DNA of 63,853 bases, the filler included, from Stramenopiles sp. TOSAG23-3 (Eukaryota): assembly GCA_900128585.1 (NCBI GenBank). It is 3 parts of 3 records of this genome, joined end to end, with 100 filler letters (N's around TTAATTAATTAA, not from the genome) between each part and the next. Parts side by side here need not be neighbours in the genome. Positions count along the whole stretch, not along the records: positions 1 to 21,779 come from LT642350.1; 2 more parts are not named here. The stretch is one strand, 5' to 3'. The position numbers were made by a program, and so were the translations under genes. The notes beneath the pieces are model-generated. The model searched no databases. It saw nothing but the letters and a program-made list of their open reading frames with translations, and was not told where the DNA came from. Positions 10,252 through 21,779 of the stretch are shown here, one piece after another. Positions within the stretch are counted from its first letter, which is position 1; every line of letters begins with the position of its first letter.

Positions 10252-11391
10252 TCAAATTGTGGTGCATGTCTCAAACTGGTTTGTGAATTTGCCTGTGGCT
10301 TTCCCGGTAGGATCGTTAAAGACCATTTCAAATGGAACATCATTTTTTGATGCGCGCTTCATTGACTGCAGCATAGCTACCTTGTTATTTTCGCAGGACT
10401 CAGCACCCCCATTTGCAGATATAATAATATGACCAGGTTTTATATTTCCACATTTTTCTGCAGTTCTGCCTGGTTCTAGCTTTGCAACTTTGCAATCGTC
10501 ACCTGCAGCAAATTCTAAACCAAACCCTTCCCTTGGTTTCGTAAACACCACAGTATACGTGGAGCCTTTCTGAACAGGATTTTTGCCCTTGGGGTCTTTT
10601 TTGGGGTCACCAGTAAGGTTTTCCTCCTTCTTGGCCTTTTCTTCATTCTTTTTCTTGGTGGCTTCTTCGCCAGTTGGCCCAGAAGATACTGACGACGAGT
10701 TAGACGACGAGGACGATGACGATGACGACGATGACGATGACGATGACGACGACGACGACGACGACGATGACGATGACGATGACGACAATGCTGAACCACC
10801 TCCAGCTCCCCCTGCCCCTCCTGAACTTTTCGGGTTGCCCCCCGCCCCCGCCCCGGGAGACCCACCGCCGCCTCCTGAACTTTTCGGGTTGCCCCCCGCC
10901 CCCGCCCCGGGAGACCCACCGCCGCCTNNNNNNNNNNNNNNNNNNNNNNNNNNNNNNNNNNNNNNNNNNNNNNNNNNNNNNNNNNNNNNNNNNNNNNNNN
11001 NNNNNNNNNNNNNNNNNNNNNNNNNNNNNNNNNNNNNNNNNNNNNNNNNNNNNNNNNNNNNNNNNNNNNNNNNNNNNNNNNNNNNNNNGTGCGACTCCAA
11101 AAGCGCATGGCCGCAACGGAGGCGAGTCAAGCCGTCAAGGTTGACCGTGGTGTTTGCGATGGAAACCCGCCCATCGACAAACAGTGGTTGGTCAAAAACG
11201 ACCCTAAGAATGGCGATGTGGACTTCTTTCCCTTCCGAATAATCAGAACCTTCCTCCACCAAGTTAGATTCTATTTCCAAGTGCATGTAATGCTCGGAGC
11301 GCGTGTGCATGACCGGCGTGGGAGGTAAACCCACCCCACAAGCAACGAGCAATGCCCCCACAAACGCAGCGAGCTTAAAACTGTACCCCAT
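10252..11391 (-). CDS. Signal-peptide protein with Gly/Ser repeats and C-terminal PDZ-like domain (spans a gap; the two sides may be separate genes)
   Basis: MGYSFKLAAFVGALLVACG leader; GGGGSPGAGAGGNPKSSG repeats; poly-Ser; PDZ-like YTVVFTKPREGFGLEF...IKPGHIIISANG. Confidence 0.55.
   Translation of the reverse strand: MGYSFKLAAFVGALLVACGVGLPPTPVMHTRSEHYMHLEIESNLVEEGSDYSEGKEVHIAILRVVFDQPLFVDGRVSIANTTVNLDGLTRLRCGHALLESHXXXXXXXXXXXXXXXXXXXXXXXXXXXXXXXXXXXXXXXXXXXXXXXXXXXXXXGGGGSPGAGAGGNPKSSGGGGGSPGAGAGGNPKSSGGAGGAGGGSALSSSSSSSSSSSSSSSSSSSSSSSSSSSSNSSSVSSGPTGEEATKKKNEEKAKKEENLTGDPKKDPKGKNPVQKGSTYTVVFTKPREGFGLEFAAGDDCKVAKLEPGRTAEKCGNIKPGHIIISANGGAESCENNKVAMLQSMKRASKNDVPFEMVFNDPTGKATGKFTNQFETCTTI
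10817..10927. repeat. 54-bp coding tandem repeat running into the gap
   Basis: Units start at 10817, 10871 and 10925 (cctcctgaacttttcggg...). Confidence 0.85.
10928..11088. other. Scaffold gap (161 N)
   Basis: Run of N with no linker sequence, next to a tandem repeat. Confidence 0.98.
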
Positions 11392-12472
11392 TTGATGGAA
11401 AATATAATAACAACCCTTTCCTTTTTCAAATCAATAATACTACAAAATCCCTAAACCACTTGCCTGAAAGAAAGCTTAACCTTCTCTCTCAATCATCTTT
11501 CCCCCTCTTCTTTCCTCATTCAATTATATACGTATTATATATCCCAACACATGTAATAATAATAAATGTATACATTGTATATATTTAAAAAAATACTATG
11601 CAATAATAATATTTATATTTTTATAGTAAATTCGTTTCTCTCTCTCTCCTCATTCTAGTTCTTCTGTTGCATTTATTATATTATTTTATATTTTCATTTT
11701 CTTCATTTTTATTTTTTTATTACTCCTTCCTCTTTTTCTTCTTCTTTCTTCTTCTCTTTCTTCTCCTCCTCTTCCTCTTCTTTCTCCTCTCTCCTCTCTC
11801 CAAAAAAAGCCCAAAAAAAAAAAAAAAAAGAAACACCTTCTTCCTCTTATTTAAAAATAGATAAACCTGTGCTGTGTATGTATAAATGGTTGTTTTTTAT
11901 AATTATTTATTAGAAGTATAAGAAACTAATAATAAGTAATAGGGTCGCCTTCTATCTCTTTGAATAGGTATTACATAGTTAAGACACTACCAAAGACTAG
12001 ATTATCTATAGAATGATCTACGTTCTACGTAATCATCGATCTTTCTTCTTCTCTTCATATTTCCTTTTTATTATTCTCTCTTTGTAGTCTATGCTATGTA
12101 CCTATTAGGTTGCATACATGCGTTTATAAAAAATTAGTTCGTCGTTTAAATCCACGAAGTCGTCTAAAACAACAACAACAACAATGAAAAAATAATTAAT
12201 AATGTAATATAATAATAATGAAGAACGATTCTTCTATTATTCAGTGTCCTAGTAGACTAATATTTATCATCATATTTATATCTGATGTTTTGGATTTTAT
12301 TATTACGACGACTAGTCAAGGTATGTAAATAATATAGATTAAAACGTATAATGTCTAGATAAGAAATTGAAATAATTTTAGCATAGTGGGATGTTTGTTT
12401 CGTTTCTCAGGCTTTTGTATATTTTTAGTTCGTTCGTGTGACGGTTGACGGTTGCATAGTGAGCGGTTGACA

Positions 12473-15400
12473 ATGGGGAAAGCGATATCTAAATATGGGT
12501 TTCCAGGAGTGCCTGCAATAGGGGGGCAAAACGAGGCTGCGGGAAGGCGGAGCCGGCGGTCCTCCGCGCGCGCAGCGGCGCGAAAACGGGCAAAAAACAG
12601 GAAGCCGGTAGACCATGCAGCAATGGATGAAGCAAACCTCCTGATGGATAAGTGGCGCCCAAGCGACGTGCAAATATTAATGAGAAAGTTTCGCCAGTAC
12701 GCGTCCAAGCGGGGCGACGAGGATAGGGAAACTCGCACCAGTAGCGTAGCAACGGGCACCGAGAAGCCCGAGGCCAACGCTCAAAGCAAGGACGGCGGCT
12801 CCCGGGGCACAAGGACGCACCCGTCACCGTCGCAGACAATAGTACCAGCGGCATCAGAAGCAGACGGCCCGTTGCAGTTAGATTTGGAAGGGTTTTGCAG
12901 TATTTTTAGTGAGCTGGAGGGCCACATTCCACAGAGCGTTGCGGAAGCTGCGTTTTCGACGTTCTGCGCGGAGGGATCGAAGACGTTGGACTTCAGGGAA
13001 TTTTGTACCGCGGTTACAATCTGCTGCTACGGGAGCCCCGAGAAAAAGGCTGGAATTATATTCAACCTCTTCGACTCCGATCACGACGGCTTCTTGAGCC
13101 CCGGGGAAGTGGAGGGATTGGTCCATACGGCGCTGGCGTCCATGGAACGTGTAGAATCGGACGACAGGGCGTCGCACAAATCCACGTGGATGCGGCAGGC
13201 CGGCAACGACTTAATATTGGACCTGAGCAAAACAGAGAAAATGTCGAGGGACGAATTTCTTGATTGGGCGGACAAGCACATGGTCATCACATATATGCTG
13301 GAGCTGTTCAGGGTGATCCCCACCTCGGAGATCGAGAAGCGCACGGCCATGACCATTTTGAAGCAATGCAGAGAGATGAAGGAAGGCGAAACGTGGCACG
13401 TTTTATCGTGCAAGTGGTGGGAAGAGTGGTGCCTTTACACCCAGTATCGTGCGTTCGACAAGGATGTTCTTGTGCGGAAGCAGAACTCTCAGGGGTCTGA
13501 ACTGCAAGTAGTGAACGAATCGGACAGCGTTAGCAGCGACGAGGAGAGCGCGGAAAGGGAAGAAACGGGATCGACCGCAAATATCGTGGATGTGCTGGTG
13601 GTGTCGGTCTCGGAAAACAACCCCACTCCGAGAGATCCTGCTGAGGCTGGCAAAGCCGATGCAGACGAGGGGGGGGGCACCGATGCCTCCGTGGGAGTCG
13701 CTCCTGGCGCAATCGAAAGCATCGACGATTCCCCCGCAAGGGCCTCAGAAGTTTCCAAATCTACTGTAGTCCCAGCCTCCCCCTCAAACCGTTCGCTGAA
13801 AGCCCGCTCCAATGGCCCGGGCGGGCTAATTCGATCCCGGTCGTTAAGCCACACTTCTGGCGATCGCCCAGGCCCGATAAAAAATGGTGACCTTGAAGGG
13901 CAGGTGGCCAATTCAGTGAAAGTTAATTTACTTGAAGGTCACGACTACGTATTAATACCCCCTGCACTGTGGATACAGCTGTCCAACTGGTATGGTGGGG
14001 GGCCAAAAATTCCCCGAACGGTAATTGCGCACGCAGGGGCCTACACCCCCGCCAGGGCGGAGACGCCGTACTATGACCCCCCTGTCCGTGATGGGGTTCG
14101 GCTCGAAATACACCCCCTGGTGCTGACGTTTACAACAATGGACCAATTGACTGGAAAGCCGAAGAAAGGAGGAGACGAATGGAAGCCGTCGCTGAGTGCT
14201 GCAGTAACAGTAGAGGAAATGACGATGCTTGCTTGCACAGAGCTAGGTGCGGTAACAGACCTGGCCCGTTTGTGGATTAAGCCCGCCGGGGGGGAGTGGA
14301 CAATATTGGAAGAGAAGCAGTTGTCTCTGGGCGACGCGGACGTGGAGTCAGGGGATGTAATAATGATAGAAGCGAAAGAAGACAGTGATAGCAAATGGCC
14401 GAGAGATAAAATACAGACTTACTTGGAGAATTTTCGTGATTTCGAAATCAACACCCGGGTGGACGCATTGGACAACCAAGGTCGTTGGTATCCGGGCACA
14501 ATCGTTGATTTTAGGCAGCGGCGAGCCAACAAATATCCATACGAAAGCGACGACGAAGACGACGACGACGAAAATGACGAGGCCGTCGAAGAAGTTAGGG
14601 TCCATTTTGACCGTTTTAAATCACGATGGGACGAGTGGTACCCTACTCACTCTGAAAAATTGCAGCCTGTGTTCACCAAGAGCGAGCCCAGGCGGCAAAA
14701 CCAGAGCTCGCGCGCGAGCCGTACTAGTCGGTTTGAGTCGATCTGCAAAGCGCCCCGCGACGGCGCGGTCGGTTTGGAGAATTTAGGAAACACGTGCTAC
14801 ATGAACTCTGTGCTCCAATGTGTATCGAATACCCCGATCCTGCGAAATTACTTTCGAAGTGGAATGTTTGAGGAGGAGCTCAACATTTCTAACGCAAATG
14901 GGACAGCGGGGATGATCACCCAGGAAATGGCAGAACTTATAGGCAACTTGTGGATCGATCAGTCAGAGCATCCCGTTTCATCCGTGCAACCAAAACATTT
15001 CAAGAAAGCACTTGCTACAGCGAAAACGCAATTTGCTGGGTATGACCAGCAAGATGCCCACGAATTTTTGTCTGTGCTGTTGGATGCGATGCACGAAGAC
15101 TTGAACAGAGTTGTCCCAGAGAGCAAGAAACCCGGGAAAAAAAAGAAAAAGCTAACGTCTTTTGGCGCTGCGGCCACACCGTCCAAATCTGACTCTGAAG
15201 ATTCTGGCAAAGATAAAGGCACAGCGGACGTTGCTGCTGGGCCTGGTGCCGTCGAAGAGGAGGGGCGGGGGGGAGGGGGCGATGGCAATGGTGCTTCCGG
15301 GGGGGCAGAGCAGAACGATACTAGGGAAGCGGCAGATGGTGCCGAGAAACACTCCGTAGATAATAGTGAAGGTCAAAGCACCGTTAGGGATGAGGATGAC

Positions 15401-17653
15401 AGTCCAGTGGTAGGAAAAGGCGCTGCTCCAGTCAGTAGCGAGGAAGATTGTTCTAAACTGGCCGATGAAAAGTGGAAAGAGCACCTCGAAAAGAACCGCT
15501 CCACTATCGTAGATCTGTTCCACGGCCAACTGCGGCGCAAGCTCGAGTGTTCGATGTGCGGCCATAAACACTATCAGTTTGAGCCATTCCAGTGCCTCAG
15601 TGTGGCGCTGCAAGTGCAGTTTGCGTACACGGTTATTTTTGTTCCATTGCTTGGCCCGGGCAAGGCGGCGACTTCAAAGACTGCATACGGTGTTTTTACC
15701 CCCCAGGTAGGTTTAGTTGGAGATCTGAAATTGGAGCTCGCATCGGTTTGTGGAATATCTTCGAACAGGTTAACCATTGCAACGGTAGAGAATAATAGGA
15801 TCGGCTCTATTCGACCCGACAGACAGCAACTTCATACGATACGAGAAGATGATGTGCTGTATGCTTTCGAGAGGCCGCAATCGTACGACGATATAAGTGG
15901 CCACCCAAAGGTGATTGTTTCTGCAACAAATAGCGCGAGCAATGCTGGGTTCAGCGATACTGGAGGCGGTCATTACAACGACCGAAATGGCATGGCCCAT
16001 GGATATAATGAAGTTGACCCGATCGATTGTTTACCCGGTGGCGCTGGCCGCAGCATATTTTCGTGTTGCTTAAACTCCGCCACAGTTGCAGACGAAGTGG
16101 ACGACGAAGTGGACGATGACGAGGCCACGGACGATATTGAAATGACGAATTCGACCCGGAAACCTTCCAATGGAGATCATGCAGGAGGCGGCAGAAGTGA
16201 TTCTGAAAGCGGGGAGGAAGAAAAAAATACGGAAATCAGAAGAAAGGATACACTGCAGCGCCAGCCGTTCTTGCAATTGTTTGGTCGATGTGATGTTTGT
16301 GACCTGTCTGGAAATTGGTTTTCGGGCACAATAATTGATATTATCGAAGACACTGTTACAGAGACTGTGAAGGTTCGAAGAAAACGTTCGCAGAAGGATA
16401 CATTCTCAGCAACGTATGATAGTGATAGTGATGGGGATGCGATGGGGCGATTTAGAAGTTCGGACTCTTCGGACGAAGAAGAAGAGACGACAGAAACACG
16501 GAAACGCAGGCGGGTCCATATTCGCGTAGACGGGTTTCCACCAAAGTACGACGAGATTGTGGACATCCGCCTAGGTCACCGACTGCGACCACTGAACACG
16601 TTTGTTCCTGCCCCAAGGCTCGAGCTGGTGGAAACAACGCTCGTACACCGCGTGCGACGGCAGCCTGAAGTAGACATGGAAGGAGGCGAAGGGGTACCCG
16701 TTGCGGTTGCCGAAGACGTTCCCTCACAAAGTTTTGGCACGGAGTTACCATTTGCCGCTGCAATTCCTGCTGACGAATCGCAAGCTGAAAGGTATATTGG
16801 GACTCCATCTTTCATATACTTTAGCTCTCACTTGAACAACTCAGAACTCCTAAATGTGATTCGTGAGCACGTGAAGTCGTGCGCGAAATCTCCCGCCGAT
16901 GGTAGCGAGAGCAACCCCGAAGATCTGTACAAAGTGTACGTCACTAAATTGAACCGCCCTGTGTACAACAATCGCCGACAGTTGGCCAAGGACATGTGCT
17001 GCCCAGGTATTCGTAACGGAGAATCAATTGTTATAGAATGGTCATCGTACAAATTTTACGACAAGATCGTAGATGAAGTCCAGCGACACACTTCTGTCGA
17101 CAAGGCAGAAGGCGCGCGATATGCGGCAAAGCAAGATGCCGATATTACTTTAGACGACTGCTTGAAACAGTTCTCTTCTCCAGAAAAACTCGGGGATGGG
17201 TACAAGTGCGACCATTGCAATGCCGAAAACACCACCTCATCAGCGTACGATGTTTGGCGCTTGCCGGACATTTTGGTCATCCACGTCAAACGATTCGTTT
17301 ATACCATGTATGTGCGCGGAAAACTAAACAATATGATGAAATACCCAGTGAATAACTTGGACATGTCAAAGGTACTGGGGAAGGCGGCCGCAGACTTCGA
17401 CCCGAACAGGGAACGTTACGATTTATACGGCGTGGTCCATCACTACGGTACCATGCGCGGTGGTCATTACGTTGCGACGTGCAAAAACGAAAGTCCTAAT
17501 CAGGATGGGAAATGGTATACGTTTAACGATAGCCGGGTCATTGAATTGGGAGAAAACCAGGAAGTCCAATCCAGCGGCTATTTGCTATTTTACTCTCGGA
17601 AACGCATGAGCGCGCACAACATGATCAATTTGAACCCTCCCGTGATAGACTAG
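12473..17653 (+). CDS. USP32: USP32-like deubiquitinase (EF-hands, DUSP, UBL, USP) with two Tudor/chromo-barrel-like inserts
   Basis: ATG at 12473 (MGKAIS, myristoylation-like); EF loop DSDHDGFLSPGE; DUSP (KWWEEWC...PGPIKN...WYGGGP); Cys box GLENLGNTCYMNS; QQDAHEF; His box HYGTMRGGHY. Confidence 0.9.
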   Translation: MGKAISKYGFPGVPAIGGQNEAAGRRSRRSSARAAARKRAKNRKPVDHAAMDEANLLMDKWRPSDVQILMRKFRQYASKRGDEDRETRTSSVATGTEKPEANAQSKDGGSRGTRTHPSPSQTIVPAASEADGPLQLDLEGFCSIFSELEGHIPQSVAEAAFSTFCAEGSKTLDFREFCTAVTICCYGSPEKKAGIIFNLFDSDHDGFLSPGEVEGLVHTALASMERVESDDRASHKSTWMRQAGNDLILDLSKTEKMSRDEFLDWADKHMVITYMLELFRVIPTSEIEKRTAMTILKQCREMKEGETWHVLSCKWWEEWCLYTQYRAFDKDVLVRKQNSQGSELQVVNESDSVSSDEESAEREETGSTANIVDVLVVSVSENNPTPRDPAEAGKADADEGGGTDASVGVAPGAIESIDDSPARASEVSKSTVVPASPSNRSLKARSNGPGGLIRSRSLSHTSGDRPGPIKNGDLEGQVANSVKVNLLEGHDYVLIPPALWIQLSNWYGGGPKIPRTVIAHAGAYTPARAETPYYDPPVRDGVRLEIHPLVLTFTTMDQLTGKPKKGGDEWKPSLSAAVTVEEMTMLACTELGAVTDLARLWIKPAGGEWTILEEKQLSLGDADVESGDVIMIEAKEDSDSKWPRDKIQTYLENFRDFEINTRVDALDNQGRWYPGTIVDFRQRRANKYPYESDDEDDDDENDEAVEEVRVHFDRFKSRWDEWYPTHSEKLQPVFTKSEPRRQNQSSRASRTSRFESICKAPRDGAVGLENLGNTCYMNSVLQCVSNTPILRNYFRSGMFEEELNISNANGTAGMITQEMAELIGNLWIDQSEHPVSSVQPKHFKKALATAKTQFAGYDQQDAHEFLSVLLDAMHEDLNRVVPESKKPGKKKKKLTSFGAAATPSKSDSEDSGKDKGTADVAAGPGAVEEEGRGGGGDGNGASGGAEQNDTREAADGAEKHSVDNSEGQSTVRDEDDSPVVGKGAAPVSSEEDCSKLADEKWKEHLEKNRSTIVDLFHGQLRRKLECSMCGHKHYQFEPFQCLSVALQVQFAYTVIFVPLLGPGKAATSKTAYGVFTPQVGLVGDLKLELASVCGISSNRLTIATVENNRIGSIRPDRQQLHTIREDDVLYAFERPQSYDDISGHPKVIVSATNSASNAGFSDTGGGHYNDRNGMAHGYNEVDPIDCLPGGAGRSIFSCCLNSATVADEVDDEVDDDEATDDIEMTNSTRKPSNGDHAGGGRSDSESGEEEKNTEIRRKDTLQRQPFLQLFGRCDVCDLSGNWFSGTIIDIIEDTVTETVKVRRKRSQKDTFSATYDSDSDGDAMGRFRSSDSSDEEEETTETRKRRRVHIRVDGFPPKYDEIVDIRLGHRLRPLNTFVPAPRLELVETTLVHRVRRQPEVDMEGGEGVPVAVAEDVPSQSFGTELPFAAAIPADESQAERYIGTPSFIYFSSHLNNSELLNVIREHVKSCAKSPADGSESNPEDLYKVYVTKLNRPVYNNRRQLAKDMCCPGIRNGESIVIEWSSYKFYDKIVDEVQRHTSVDKAEGARYAAKQDADITLDDCLKQFSSPEKLGDGYKCDHCNAENTTSSAYDVWRLPDILVIHVKRFVYTMYVRGKLNNMMKYPVNNLDMSKVLGKAAADFDPNRERYDLYGVVHHYGTMRGGHYVATCKNESPNQDGKWYTFNDSRVIELGENQEVQSSGYLLFYSRKRMSAHNMINLNPPVID

Positions 17654-18268
17654 ATGATTAATTCTCATAGTAGAGCTATAAGCTTATTACAATAAATAAA
17701 AATGCTTTCTCAACACATCTGATCGTCGTTTCCACGGTAGTTTTAGTACTATTGTAATGTAAATCAAAGCAGGTAACAGTACCAGGAATTCACACCACCA
17801 TTTATATTTAAAAAGTAAAAAACACAATTCCTATACTGTTTCTATGTATTTATTTATTCTGCACCGGGGACAATACCAAATGCTGTATAATGTATTATAG
17901 AAGTCATAGTAGTACTGGTAGTAGGAACTATAAATATTTTTTTTATTATTATTTTCATTTTAAAATATGAATTATTTTTTATTATTTATAATATTGAGCA
18001 CCAGCATAATATAATAATAATATTATTATTTTATTAGACGACTGACGACTGTAGTACCAATAATAAACAATTTGATCTCTTCTGATATAGTTGAATTGAA
18101 TTGGAAAAAGAAAGGATAGATCCATACAGGAGTACAGAGGAGAGGTTTGCAACCAGTGTCAACAAAAGTGTCAACAAGAATAGTTTATATCTCGGACAAG
18201 TGCAGGGTTTATAAAAAGGTTCAGCTACGATCTTTGGAAATATTCTTCTGGGGGGAAAATCGTACAGA

Positions 18269-19714
18269 ATGGCTTTCCCAGTGGACCGACGAACTACTTC
18301 GTTGGTGTTCCTCGTTCTGGTGGCCGTTAGTATTTTGCCGGGCACTTTTGGCAGGATCCATGACTTGAAAATCGTAGGGGATGATCGCACTACGTTCCAG
18401 ATTGAAACATTTGGCTTTCGTGCAAATGGTATTGTCCAGCTTGAAGTGAAGAGTTTTGGGATATCACCCCTTTCCACGGGTGCGGAAAGCACAGTCAAGG
18501 CTGGCTTCATACTGAGAAAGGCAGAAAGTGAAAGCGAAGCGTTGGCCACGGTGGAGAAGGCCCTGGAGGAAAAATCCTGCCTTCTCGATTCAAAAGACAA
18601 TGTGCTGAAAGACTCCAAATGGCTGGCACCAGCAGATAGGAAGAAGTGGAGCGCAGGGTGGAAGCACGAACACGTGATTTCAGAGAACGAGGCTGGTCTC
18701 TACCAAGTAATATTTTCTCGTTGTAAACCGGACGGGTCGAAGACGGTGTCCTTCGAACTTGTCGCTACCTTTTACAACGTAGACGCCAACGGCAACAAAA
18801 ATTACCTGTCGGCAGGTGACAGTAGCCTTCCAACACTGTATTTTTGCATTTCGATGCTGTTTGTCTTCATGCTCGTCGCATGGGTGGTCTATTGCCGGAA
18901 GAACAGCGAGCACGTGCACCATGTGCATATGATGATGGCTACTCTCCTCTTGTTGAAAGCGCTTTCCTCATTTTTTCACTCCGTTTCTTACCATTACATT
19001 GCCAAGAATGGCAAGCCTGTGGGATGGAACGTAGTGTACTACATTTTCGCGTCCTTGAAAGGCACCATGTTTTTTGTGGTTATTCTTCTGGTCGGAACAG
19101 GCTGGAGCATGGTAAAACCGTATTTGAACGAAAAGGAGAAGAAGATCCTTCTCTTGGTCCTCCCCCTGCAAGTGTTTAACTATATCGCGTACGTTGTCAT
19201 CGAGGAGATGTCCCCAGGAAGCCAGGCGTGGCTGTCGTGGCGCGATCTGTTGAACCTGTTCGATATAATTTGTTGCTGCATGGTGCTCTTCCCCATTGTA
19301 TGGCAGATTCGCTCTCTGAGGATCGCTGCGGCGACGGATGGCAAAGCCGAGAGAAACATGCAAAAGCTGATGCAGTACCGAAATTTCTACGTTGCAGTGG
19401 TTTGCTACATTTACTTTACTCGGATTATTGTACGGCTCCTTGGAGCAACAGTAAGCTACGAGTCATCCTGGATGAAAACTGTGGCAGGGGAAGGCGCAAC
19501 CGTTGCATTTTTTGTCATGACCGGAAAAGCATTCCGTCCCATGTCGAACAACCCGTACCTTCGCGTAGGGATAGACAGCGACGACGAAGGCGACGACGAG
19601 TTTGGTCTGGACGACCCGATTGAAATAAAACCAACCGCGGCTGGGAAGAAGGCCGCTGGGACCAAATTAGAGGGTGTTGAGATGACAGACACTTCGAACA
19701 GCATTGAAGTTTGA
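18269..19714 (+). CDS. GPR107: GPR107/GPR108-like (Lung seven-TM, GOST) protein
   Basis: Signal peptide, FGF..NG, NYLSAGD, GTGWSMVKP, DIICC...WQIRSL, YIYFTRI, FRP..NNPY. Confidence 0.92.
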   Translation: MAFPVDRRTTSLVFLVLVAVSILPGTFGRIHDLKIVGDDRTTFQIETFGFRANGIVQLEVKSFGISPLSTGAESTVKAGFILRKAESESEALATVEKALEEKSCLLDSKDNVLKDSKWLAPADRKKWSAGWKHEHVISENEAGLYQVIFSRCKPDGSKTVSFELVATFYNVDANGNKNYLSAGDSSLPTLYFCISMLFVFMLVAWVVYCRKNSEHVHHVHMMMATLLLLKALSSFFHSVSYHYIAKNGKPVGWNVVYYIFASLKGTMFFVVILLVGTGWSMVKPYLNEKEKKILLLVLPLQVFNYIAYVVIEEMSPGSQAWLSWRDLLNLFDIICCCMVLFPIVWQIRSLRIAAATDGKAERNMQKLMQYRNFYVAVVCYIYFTRIIVRLLGATVSYESSWMKTVAGEGATVAFFVMTGKAFRPMSNNPYLRVGIDSDDEGDDEFGLDDPIEIKPTAAGKKAAGTKLEGVEMTDTSNSIEV

Positions 19715-20045
19715 GCGCACGAGAATGAGGAACAATCTGCTCTGAGATTCTTTCGAAGAAAAGTGTTTCGTAGACCTCGTCATTTATTCAAGTCGTTTAC
19801 TTATAGGCTTACGACGTAAGATACATACATACCAATCTATATTTTATGCTCCTCTCTATTTATGATATACTTGATTCTTTTACCTCCTTTTTTGGAAGCA
19901 AAACTTTTCTGGACAGAATGAGCAGATTCACATTCGCGGTACATGAAGAAGGTAAATTTTAAAGTAAGTACCCTAAATATAATAGCCGCCATTAGTTTTG
20001 TTTTTATATTTTTTACCAATTGAGCGATCATTGGTGTTTTTTAAA

Positions 20046-21483
20046 TTAAAACGAAAAAGCCAAATCCGCGTCCCCGAAGCTGGCATAATTATTCCCGTAC
20101 TTCACTCTTAACTTCTTCAAGTCTACGTCGTAAAATTCCGCCTCGCCTAATTTTACGGTGTGCTTGCCTGTGGGGTCAGAATAGGAAACCACCCTGGCCT
20201 CTCTCCAGTTTCCGGCAGAATTTGAGAACAGGAGAATTCGCAAACCACAGAGGCTTCCCTTTTGTATAACTATGTCTCCTCGCTCCGACTGCTCCATGAC
20301 ATACGCCATTTGATGCCGTTCCGAAAGTCTGGCCACTCTAATGGATTTGGTAGTCTCGATGCTAGCGAACTCGGTCTCTGCCGTGCGAGCCGGTTTCTTA
20401 GCACTGTTGCGAGCTTTGGTGGTTTTCTTAGATTGAACCCGTTCTTCCATTTTAGAACACGCCCTTGGGGTAGATGCCAAATGCGAGGATGAAGTTGTCA
20501 TGCTTCCCGGAGATGGAACAGCCTTGATCTCTTCAGGCTTTTCTGCAGGCTTTGACGTTGGGCCCGCGCGAGCTTTTGGACTGGCCGCTTTCTTCTGCTT
20601 CTTCCTGTGCTTTGTACTGACCGCTTTCTTCTGCTTCTTGGTCTGTTTGGGATTTTCCGTTTTCGTGTTCTTCTTTCGTTTAAGGCTCGGCGATTTGCTG
20701 CTGCCCCCCCCCCCCCCTCACTTCTCGCTTTCCTGTAATCAAACATGCACCCTCACTGACCGCTTGGGTCTCCTTGTCCTGAGCGCCGAACTGTTCTTTG
20801 TACTTTTTCGAGTTGAATGGACAAAACCACATTTTCACCACCTTGTTGATAACGTCCTTGTTACTTATTTCTCGGTACCGTTTATGTTTTGCGCGGTTCG
20901 ACCGTATGGCATTGCGCAATGCTAGTACCATCGGCTTGGTGAGCAACGTGTTTTCACTCGCGTACATATGGGTCACGTTAGTGTCCCGCAAATCTTTTGT
21001 GAACTTCACCCACGCCTTTTTTGTAACCCGGGAGGCTTCGCCGATGTTCAACGCCCATATGTGTCCTAATTTCAAAACCTTGGTCAGGTGTTCCAACTGC
21101 CTATCTAACATGCCGTCGGGGAAGTTTTGTATATAAAGGGCCTGTACAGTAGTGGCTTTTTCCAATCGGTCTAATATCCTGTCCATTGTGTCGCAATTCA
21201 ACTTGTCAGAAAGGCCGTAGTTATGCAAATGGAGAAGGGAAAGCTCGTAATGCTCGTGGTTTTCAAGCTCGTGGAAAAGCTTCTGAACGGACTTCCCCTG
21301 CTCTCTTATGACCGCCCGGCCTTTTCGTGAAACGCGGACACCCCCACTACCCACGAGAGCCTTGATGCACTTTTTATCCTCTTCACTCATACCCAAATAA
21401 TCCCAATCCACGCTGTTCGCCAGGGAGTTCATATTGCTCTTTGCGCCTACATAGTGTTTCGCCGCGGCGTCTGTCTGTGGCAT
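20046..21483 (-). CDS. Probable single gene (LRR/RNI-like region, Lys-rich linker, Tudor-like C-terminus) interrupted by a frameshift at a G14 run
   Basis: The frame of ORF 20046..20501 is open back to the homopolymer at 20704-20717; removing one base fuses it to ORF 20680..21483. Confidence 0.65.
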
Positions 21484-21779
21484 AGTTCTTTACCGCTTTA
21501 GTTGTGTACTCACTCCTGTTGAATTCTATGGTTGGTATGCAGTCACGGCACAATAATCTGGACTATATACATACATACATATACATACACATATATGCAA
21601 TATACGAGGTGCTTCTGCCTCTTTCTTTCTTTGAATTAACTTCTTTAAAGTTTATAACTCTCTTTAAGTTCTTAAGTCTTAAGCTTATTTATTATTGGCG
21701 TATTGAATATATTTTGTTCCGGCAAGAAATATAAATAATTATTATAATAATACTTTTTTGTTATATAATAAAGTAGACC

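Noticed and set aside
10583..11242. Poly-Asp/Pro ORF on the + strand
   Set aside because: Antisense shadow of the poly-Ser/Gly repeat gene; no ATG start, and it crosses the gap.
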